A stretch of 64,000 nt of DNA from Naegleria gruberi (Eukaryota): NCBI GenBank assembly GCA_000004985.1, contig GG738864.1. One strand, written 5' to 3'. A model generated the notes under the pieces. That model made no database searches. It saw only the letters and a program-made list of their open reading frames with translations, and had not been told where the DNA came from. Position numbers and translations under genes: made by a program. Shown here in pieces: positions 1 through 8,727 of this stretch. Each line of letters starts with the position of its first letter. Within the stretch, counting starts at the first letter, position 1.

Positions 1-2751
1 GGAAAATTGAGATGGAGCACAATTATCATTTGGACATGTGGCATTCAATGAAATTCCACCAGAAGATGAATAATCTACAAAGATATCATACAATTTGTAA
101 GAAGTTCTGGAAGCTTGATTTTGTAACTTGACATATAAATGTTCAGTTGACCCATCATAATAGTAATAATTAGTTGGATCCTTAAACATTGTTGTAAAAT
201 TAGAAGCAGCAACCATCTTATTCGAATTTGTAGAATACTTGATAGAAAAGTTGGAATTCCTTGGATATTGAATGGCCAAAACAAGCCAATCATTGGTAGC
301 ACTTGAATCCAAGGCAATTGAGAAATTCTTCGGAGTTGGAATATCATACGGCCAACGGAGTCCATAAAAACCTCTATTGATGACATTATTTTGTAAATAG
401 TAATCCATTGGACCGGTCAAGTAAGCTCCAGTTAAATCAGCTTGACGATTTCTTAACAAGTCAACCAAGTACATTCTTGTGCCAGGTTTAGTATAATCGG
501 CAAGTTCAGGTCTCTTTACTCCGTCCTTTCCAGTTGTGTTAAGAGTTGGCCAATTCCAAGTTGTAATTCTCAAGTGAGAGTATGACTCGCCAAAGAATGG
601 ACATTGATAGGCATTCCAATCATTTCTTAATTGACATTGAGGGAAGTTTCGAATAGTTTCATTTCCAACAATCCAACCACCAAACGAAGTAATATTTGTG
701 GTTGTTCCGTCCATGTCCATCATTGCAATTCCTTTCATGTTATCATAGGAAGTTGGATAAGTATAAGGAAAGGCAAAATATCTATTCGAATTGATAAACT
801 TTAAATTGGAAAACTTATTTTTGGTTTGAAGTTTAAAATTGGCAGCTCTCGAAGATAAAGCACCTGCATACTTATACGAATCTGTAACGAAATTAATAAA
901 TGTGATATTGTTCAAATATTGTGGACCACCAATATCATAATGTTCATAACCCTTAATAATATCCAATAATGTGGAAGAATAGAGAGCTGGCCTAGTTCTC
1001 TTTCCCAAGTCAACTGTCGGTCTGTATGAATATTCACCGACATTTTCAGATTCTCCAATGAAAATACTATCTTCTGTAAGAGTAGCACCAACTGGAGCAT
1101 TCATGGCAATCTTATTATCAGTCAAGTAGAGATTGTCGAAACGAAGATAACCTCCTCTGCACCAAACTCCAAAGACTCTATTCTTATATGAAACAAAGTT
1201 GGAATAAACAGCATTATTGGTGTAGAATGCAACAATTTCAGAATTGCCATCTGCCTTTTCAAAATCATCAATGTGGAGACCATTTCCATTTGAACTGTGA
1301 GCTACATTATATTCGAAAGGTTTAGTTGGTGCAGTTCTTGGATTAACTGATCCAGCAGGATATCTTAAAGCACTCAAACCAGTTGGGAATGATGGAAGTG
1401 AAAACCAAAATGGAAAACGACCACCCACTGCATGATTACCAATAAAGGTATTATTTGGATTAGTAATCCAAAAAACAGAAACTGAAGTATCAGATGGAAT
1501 TAATCTTTTGGAATTTTCCTTTGATATTGGAATAGGGTCAATTCCTAAATTAGAAATAAACTGATTTCCATATTCAGATCCATCTTCTAAAAAGTACATG
1601 TGGCCATAAGCACGATAACAAACATTATTTTGGAGGAGAATATAGTGAGTGTCATGGACAACGTAACATCTCTGGTAACTGTGATGGACAGAGTTGTCCT
1701 TAACTGTAAAGTTTAAACCAGCTGGTTTACTTTGTAATAAATGGAAATGGAAACTATTAGAAATTAATGAATTATTAGAAAGTATTGAATTGAAACATAC
1801 CTGTATCTTCCCATTAAACCCTGTTGACCAAATCTAGTAATTTCAACTCCTTCCATATTAAACTTATCGACCAAACGAATAATAAAGTGACCACCAAAGA
1901 GTGAAGTTTCGGATGAATAATTCATAATAAGATCCTCTGAATACGATTCTTCTTGATAATAAACCAACCTCAGCACGAATTTTACCATTATCACTTGCAA
2001 AGTGAGTATAATTCAATGGAACATCCAAAACTATAGTCTTGTTTCCATTCAACAATTGAACAATCTTTCTTTCTTCATTCTGATTTGGAAATGGTTCACC
2101 AATTGCCCAATTCAATGAAGTTTCCTTTTGAGTTCTGTAATCATAAACTTCACCATAATCAGTTGAGGCAATCACAATAGAATCGCCAACTTTCCATGCG
2201 ACTGAATCCCTTAAAACAAGTTGATTACTTCCCTTAGTAGCATTCTTTACAATTTCTGTCCAACTTGGACCATCAATTTTACCAAAAATTTGGACAATGG
2301 AACCACTTAAAAAGGCAATACCTTTGGATCCCAAATTGGAGCCATCAAATGGATCAGAACCCATATCATTCACAGAACTATTGACACGATCTCCATAGAA
2401 TGTCATGACAATCTTGGAAGTGATTGGACATGAAGAACTTCCCATAATAAAACTTGCGTTTTGTTCAACTCTGATGAAATTCAAATCCAAATTGAGATTG
2501 ACATTATCAAAGATTAATGAACCACCAGATTTTATGGTGATGGAACGAAGCTTATTTGGAGGAGAATCATTTAACTTGACAGCCTTGGTTATGAGAATGT
2601 CAGAATTAGCTACATTCCATCCAACTAAGGATGAAAAGTTGACTAAACCAGTTTTTTGATGAGGACATTGTCCACTGACCATGCCAAGCATGAATAAACA
2701 CAATAAACATGTGCCTATACATGCCTGTAGAAGAAAAACTTTAGAAAGCAT
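1..2751 (-). CDS. CEMIP/TMEM2-like secreted protein (G8 domain followed by a parallel beta-helix region); partial, the 3' part runs off the window start. Start is the Met at 2751 with a signal peptide. A 47-nt intron at 1754-1800 (GTATGT...TAATAG) restores the conserved ...MGRY-SFHFHL... junction. An apparent 1-nt frame disruption near 1925-1935 lies between the RRIVFRG and SLFGGHF motifs.
   Basis: Translation of the minus strand gives a continuous 580+ aa reading frame from 1753 to 1, which the ORF track omits because it has no Met. The motifs FGGHxI, MGQQ-LMGRY, FHFHL, HHSYQRCYVVHDTHY and YFLEDG match the G8/CEMIP/TMEM2 family as I recall it. An N-terminal signal peptide is present. The intron has the GTATGT donor and TTCTAAT branch typical of this window. 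Confidence 0.6.
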
Positions 2752-3489
2752 GATTGTTGTGAGGTTTTTTTTCTTTGAAAGGTTCTCTGACTATGTTATT
2801 CGAATCATTTATGGTGATGAATTGGTACGAAACGTTCATTTAGCTATTTGATGGTTGAGTAGAGTTAGTCTTTTGGGTTTGAATCAGCAATGAATACTAT
2901 TGGATTGTTTGTTTTACAAAAAATGGGTGTTTCACTTGAACCTAATTGACTTCTATTTATGGAAACAAATTGTGTTCAAAATGCAAACCTTGACTGAATC
3001 AGAAAAGATGCAACTGCGTGTCTGTTTGAAATAATTTGGACAATTCAGCATAAAATACTATAACAGATCATACAACCTTACAATACTGCTAATTCGGTAT
3101 TTTAACGTGGTCAACTTGCACATTTTGCATTCTTGAAATTTACACTTGACATTTCGTAGAGTAACACTTCAATCAAAGAGTTGATAAGATGATAGATTAC
3201 ATTGTTACTTGTTAAAATATTTATGTTCTGAATATAGCTCTCAAGCCTCACTACACATTTTCTTCTCGTTGTATAAATTTTTATCTCTTTTATTGTACCC
3301 AAACTACATGTATTTGGAATGCTTATTTGATAGTTAATATTTTAGCAAGAGTTTATTTGCAACAAGTCATCTAATTGGATTAAATGAAAAGTGTGGACTA
3401 ACTTACTTATATCAATATTGACCATTGGATGACTAATATTTTATGCAATATACATTGTATTTGGTATTTGTTGCGGAGAAAAATCAAAA

Positions 3490-3607
3490 GACTACAGCAC
3501 CACAGGTTCCCAAGTTGTCTCCAACCTCAGTACTGATGTGGCTCGACGATACTTAACTTCTCAAATCGGACGGGATGAGGTGCATGAATCGTGATATGGC
3601 CGTAGCC
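3490..3607 (-). rRNA. 5S ribosomal RNA gene, copy 1 (118 nt), followed on its own strand by a T-run Pol III terminator.
   Basis: The reverse complement reads GGCTACGGCCATATCACG...GAGAAGTTAAGC...GGTGCTGTAGTC, which is canonical 5S architecture with helix I pairing GGCUACGGC to GCUGUAGUC. It is 97% identical to the copy at 18438-18555. Confidence 0.85.
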
Positions 3608-3799
3608 ATTCATTCTCTTAAATTGTTCAACCCTTGTTGTAAAATGGAACATTAGAAAGTTACAAAGTTGTCGACTTGTTGATTATCACATCATATTAAA
3701 TTGAACTCATTAGGGAAGTGATACAAGAATAGAAAATGTACACTATTCAATGAATAATTTATTTACAATAATTGAAAGAATCTATGATATTTTGCTAAC

Positions 3800-4169
3800 T
3801 TAACCACCCCTCAATCTCAAAACTAAATGCACAGTTGCATCCTTTTGAAGATTGTAATCACCAATAGTTCTTCCATCTTCCAATTGCTTACCGGCATAAA
3901 TCAATCGTTGTTGATCTGAAGGAATACCTTCCTTATCAAATATCTTTTGTTTCATATTCTTCAACAGTATCATTCGATTCCATTTCAATAGTGATTGTCT
4001 TTCCAGTTAAGGTTTTTACAAAAAGTTGCATTCCTCCTCTTAATCTTTGTTGATCTGGTGAAATTCCTTCCTTATCTTGTACTTTTCTTTTCACATTTTC
4101 AATTGAATCATTAGATTCAACCTCCAAAGTGATAGTTCTTCCAGTGAGTGTCTTGACAAATAATTGCAT
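3800..4169 (-). pseudogene. Decayed polyubiquitin-like gene. The first unit is [43 protein letters not shown] followed directly by RGG, so residues 43-73 are deleted in frame. The second unit is [24 protein letters not shown], then a +1 frame shift in a GAAGAA run, then [52 protein letters not shown].
   Basis: The two overlapping ORFs 3936-4169 and 3800-3988 together reconstruct a ubiquitin dimer only if one nucleotide is skipped. The first repeat has an internal deletion between the two RL dipeptides. Sequence is diverged from canonical ubiquitin (V/L/S substitutions). Confidence 0.5.
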
Positions 4170-4648
4170 TATGTTTGTTGTCTTGTTTTTCTTATTGTTT
4201 TTCTTGAATTCAAAACATATCCTTGCTTTTTATACTAAGTTTTGAGATGTATGTATTTTTAGAAGTAGTTCTTCTGCAAAGAAATTCTTTAAATGAACCG
4301 ATCGATTTTGTTTCTGGACACAAATTTGGTTCATGTTTTGTAATTATGTGCTATAGCTGTTCATACAATAATCAATTTTAACTTGTTGTTCGAATGAGTT
4401 TAATGCAATTTGACTCTTAATGATTTTGAATTTAAAAGGTGATTATTGGAAAAATACTAGCAAAATGGTTTGAGTTTAGCTGTTCATTACTAAAAACAAT
4501 GTTAACTTTTATGAAAAGATATTATATTAATATACCGTAGCCATTTATCCTTAATATAATGAATAATAATAAATTTGTTGAAAAATATCTTATTAATTTT
4601 ATTTTTATAAAAATAAAGGAATATAAGTAAAGATATTGTTGTTTGTCT

Positions 4649-4734
4649 TTCAATTGTTAATTTAGACGGGAAGCCTGCCAGGAATATGGCGACCATCCCG
4701 CTACAGTCTTTGACTGAATGAACAGTGAAGGCAA
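4649..4734. other. 5S-linked conserved element, copy 1 (core GACGGGAAGCCTGCCAGGAATATGGCGACCATCCCGCTACAGTCTTTGACTGAATGAACAGTGAAGGCAA, preceded by TTCAATTGTTAATTTA). Function unknown; candidate small RNA gene or cis-element.
   Basis: About 90% identical to the reverse complement of 18854-18943, while the sequence around both copies does not align. Contains the CAGTCTTTGACTG hairpin and a CGGGA...TCCCG pairing. Confidence 0.6.
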
Positions 4735-6412
4735 GAGTTCTGGACGAATCTTGTTGTGTTCAAATAACAGGTTGTTGAAGAATTTGATAAGGTTGACCAA
4801 CCTTCTATTTATTGAAAACCGACAAGTTAAAATTGCTTGATGCAAGTTTTGGTTTGATTTTTTCTGAATCAATTCTAAATTGAAACTTCATCTATTTCAA
4901 ACAAATTATTTTATTTACAATTTACTGAATTATTTACAAGTTAATTTACATCTTTTTCGATTTGGTAATCTTATTTGTGGTGGTTGATTGTTTAGCTCTC
5001 TTTTCAATTGAATTTTTCGAAGATCTTTTCACTGAAATTTGTTTACCATTTAAATTTGCGTGATGATAATCAATATTATGACGTCAATCTTTTAGATAAA
5101 TCAACTAGTTTAGATCTTGTTAGCTGGCATTTTGTTTTGTTGTAGATATATCATCATCCGATACCAGTTGATCTATTTATTTCCATGAAGATTTCCACTA
5201 ATTTTGTGATTCCGATTTTAGTGGATTTTCCACTCATCACAAGAAGTTTGAATTTTTCTATTAATATTTTGATGAAGGAAATTTAATGAAAATCAACAAA
5301 CAAAAGAAAATAACAACAATTAGAAAATGGTCTCAACAAGAAGAAATATGTATAATTCCTCCAATAACACTTCACAATTTAATTCCGAAATTTCTCTGGA
5401 TAACATTGTTGGTGGTACAAGAAGAAGAAATTTAATTGATTACAAAACATTGAATTCTATTGGAAGTGAATCAAGTAAAACTTCCAAATCTCAATCACAT
5501 AATACTTTAGAAATGAGAAACAAACAATTCAAACTGTGGTGAACTCCATTTAACTCAAAATTTTGTAAACCTAGGCAATCATTGTAAATAAACCCAAATG
5601 TAAATATTCAATAATGCACACAGTTGAGTTTTTTGACCCATTTTCTACGTTGAACTTCTGTTCAGTACACGTCCAACATAACTTTCAATGTTAATTATGT
5701 CAATGGTGTGTTTGCTCCATGTTCAACTATCTCAAAGAATTCAAATCATAAAAAAACAAACAACGACCATAATTCACTTTTCAAAAACCATGCATCTAGA
5801 AAGGTAAAAAAGGTTTGTTCGATTCATACTCTTTGCTTTCTTCATACTTACCTTGAAGGACATTTCAGTGATCATGCAGACTGAAATGTGAATCTGGAAA
5901 CTCTCCTCCTTGCACTCAGAGGATGAGAAGCCAGAATTTGGTCAATAATCAAAGTGGTTGTTGCCCTCCTTCTCAATTTTTTCCTGTGAGGATTCATCTG
6001 GTATGATTTCTCGCTCTGTTAAATAATAGAAATTTTGTGTGTGGGAATTTTGCTGCACCGAAGAATCTATTACCCTATAATTGTATCAAATTCCAAAAGC
6101 TCAAGATTTTCTAAATCAAATTGCAGCCATTCATTATCTTAAATTGTGAAACATGAATCAGTTCACCCTTGTTTCCCTCTCAATCTTATTAAAATATGAA
6201 ATATCAATGGTACAAGATTATTAAACCATAATATCCTCGTGCGGAGCGTGCAACATCAATTTATCCCAAGTCCGCTAAATGGCATATCAAAGCGTGCGCG
6301 GAAATTTGCTCTTCCAATCATTAATTGATTAAATTTCACTTAAAATTCGAGTTCAGTTTATAAACTCAATTTTAAAAACAAAAAAATACAATCATACAAA
6401 ATCCTATCAACC

Positions 6413-7231
6413 ATGTCTGCCACTACCACTGTTTCATCTTACTATTCATCTGTTTTTGTTGCTGGAGCCACCGGAGTTACTGGAATGCATGTTGCTAAGG
6501 CGCTCCTTAATCATCAATCTGCAAAACAAGTTTCAATTTTGGTTAGAGAGGGAAGTGAGGAGAAGGCAACTGAATTGGTCAATTCTGGAGCAAAGGTTGT
6601 TAAGGGAGATGTTTTGAATATGAGCGAGGAAGAGTTGACCAAAGCTTTGGAATCTGTTGAGGTTGTTGTCAGTGTTATTCAAGGGCATGATGATAAAACA
6701 ATGTTTGATGGTCAATTGAAATTGTTGAATGCTGCCAAGAAGGCTGGAGTTAAAAAATTCCTTCCATCTAGCTTTGGTTTCAATTACAATTTAGTCAACT
6801 ATGGAGATTCATTGTTTATGGATACCAAGAAGAAGTTTGTAGTGGAATTGGAAAAGAGTGGGTTGGAATATGTTCAATTACATGTTGGTGCCTTTGCTCA
6901 TTATGCTTCTTCTCCATCATTTGTAATGAAGTATGATAAGGATTCGAATACTGTTTCTTTATCTGGTGATTTTGATGTGAAATTTGGTATTACTACTTCA
7001 CAAGATATTGGAAAGTTTGCTGCAGAAGCTGCTTTGAGAAGAGACATTACCAAACACAATGTCACTGTCAGAGATGATTATTTGAGCGTTAGAGAAATTG
7101 CTCAATTAGTTTATGGATCTGATGTTAAACTTAATTTGGTGCAAACAACTGAGGAGTTGAAGAAGAGCATTAATGAAAGATCAACAGCTCTTGACAAATA
7201 CTCCACAAGATTGGATGAGAATTGCTTTTGA
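6413..7231 (+). CDS. NmrA-like / atypical short-chain dehydrogenase NAD(P)-binding protein.
   Basis: N-terminal Rossmann motif VAGATGVTG, and the overall NmrA/isoflavone-reductase-like pattern (KVVKGD, LLNAAKKAGVKKFLPSSFG). Confidence 0.7.
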   Translation: MSATTTVSSYYSSVFVAGATGVTGMHVAKALLNHQSAKQVSILVREGSEEKATELVNSGAKVVKGDVLNMSEEELTKALESVEVVVSVIQGHDDKTMFDGQLKLLNAAKKAGVKKFLPSSFGFNYNLVNYGDSLFMDTKKKFVVELEKSGLEYVQLHVGAFAHYASSPSFVMKYDKDSNTVSLSGDFDVKFGITTSQDIGKFAAEAALRRDITKHNVTVRDDYLSVREIAQLVYGSDVKLNLVQTTEELKKSINERSTALDKYSTRLDENCF

Positions 7232-7637
7232 TCAATTAGTTTGGGTTATCATGTCAAATGCCAACAGAGAAGAAAACGACAATGATTTATTCCCAACAAT
7301 TCAAACCACCTCCTTCAAGGAATATGCTAAATCCATTCAATAAAGTATTAAGCTGATAATATTCCTCTTGGACATCATGTTCACTAACAACAACTGGAAG
7401 ATTGCCAACTTTCTAGTATTAATATTTAGTTACCCAGATGGAACATATACAAATGATGATGATATCCCTAAGAATTTGTCCGATAGGATCTTACATCACT
7501 TCATCAACAAGTTCCTTAATATTTTTTATAATTAAAAATATTCGTGATGATGGGATGTAAGATCGGATCATAAATAGAGAGTTTTAAGGCACTCTATGAA
7601 AATCACATAATCAAAACAAATAACAACACATATAACA

Positions 7638-8710
7638 ATGAATAATATGCAAAATCAACAAGGTACTATGATTCCAATCAAGATTTGTACAGTTGGTGAT
7701 AAGAAAGTTGGAAAGACATCCATGATTCAATCCTACACTCAAACTCCTAGAGAATTGAATTTGGATCCTCATTACAAGAGACCATATAGACCAACAGTGT
7801 ATGATTTCAGCTTTTCTACTGTCAAGTTACCAGTTTCCATTCCACAAAGTTATACCAAATCGAAATATTCATCTGCCTCTTCTAATAATTCTCAAAGTTT
7901 GAAAGAAATTGTTTTCAATTTGAACTTTTCTGATTGTTCCTCTCTGAATTGTTATACACCAATGAGATTGTTGAGCTATGACCAATGTGATATCTTCTTT
8001 GTTTGTTTTAGATTAGATAAGGCACAATCATTTTACAATGCAATTGATCAATGGTGTCCAGAAGTGAAATTCTTTTGTTCTGGCAAGCAATCTTCCAAAT
8101 CAAGAATTGTCTTATTGGGATTAGGAAGACAAGATTTGATCAACTCATCAATTCTCCAACAAATAGTAACAATGAAGATGATATCTTCTTTGGTCAAACA
8201 TGCACTAGTCGCTCACTCTCTCCTGAAATTTTATGTGGAGAAATGATTGATATTGTTGAGAGCGAGCAATTTTCTCTAAAATCTAAAAGTAGAAAGAGTC
8301 TTACCAATGTCAATAGTAAACCAAGATCAAAGACCTACTCATACAGAAGAAATTATTCAAATCCATTCATGAAGAGAAAGAGAATTCCAGTACAATTCAA
8401 TGATAATAATCAAGAAGACGTAGAAATACCAGTACTTGGAGACTCAATGCTTGATAGTTGTTTGAGCTTTGTTGAATGTGGAGCTGAAAGAGAAGTAACA
8501 TGGGATATGATTGAATCTGGTAGAAGACAATTAGATGAGCTAGGAATTGATCATGTATACTATGAATGTCCATTCAATAATCAAAAGAGTGTTCAGTTTA
8601 TCATTGAAGAATGTGTAAGAGAATTTTACAAATGTAAATTATCTCAAAATTCCTCAGATGTCACTCAATCGGCTTCTCTTTTGGAAAAATTAAAGAGAGT
8701 TTCACTGTAA
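7638..8710 (+). CDS. Atypical Rho-family-like small GTPase with a long insert before the G5 region. A probable 44-nt intron at 8166-8209 (GTAACA...CACTAG) joins the two overlapping ORFs in phase.
   Basis: P-loop IKICTVGDKKVGKTS, the switch I-like YRPTVYDFS, and the Rho-like C-terminal pieces WCPEVKFFC, IVLLGLGRQDL and GIDHVYYECPFNNQKSVQFIIEECVREF are all present. The DTAGQE box is replaced by DCSSLN. The intron length and phase fit, but the donor is GTAACA and there is no TACTAAT, so the junction is uncertain. Confidence 0.5.
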
Positions 8711-8727
8711 ATAAATATTAATTTCTG

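Noticed and set aside
4649-4734. Possibility that the 5S-linked element is a U1 snRNA or spliced-leader RNA (it contains CCTGGCAGG, and an AATTTTGG Sm-like site sits upstream in copy 2)
   Set aside because: The U1 5' splice-site-recognition sequence ACTTACCTG is not present. There is no GT donor in a position that would define a spliced-leader exon. The Sm-like site is not conserved in copy 1 (AATTTAGA). Kept as unknown.
8166-8209. Treating the Rho-like gene as a frameshifted pseudogene
   Set aside because: A 44-nt GT...AG interval of exactly the local intron size joins the two frames in phase and yields a continuous protein with a recognisable Rho C-terminal half. I prefer the intron model, but the GTAACA donor makes it uncertain.
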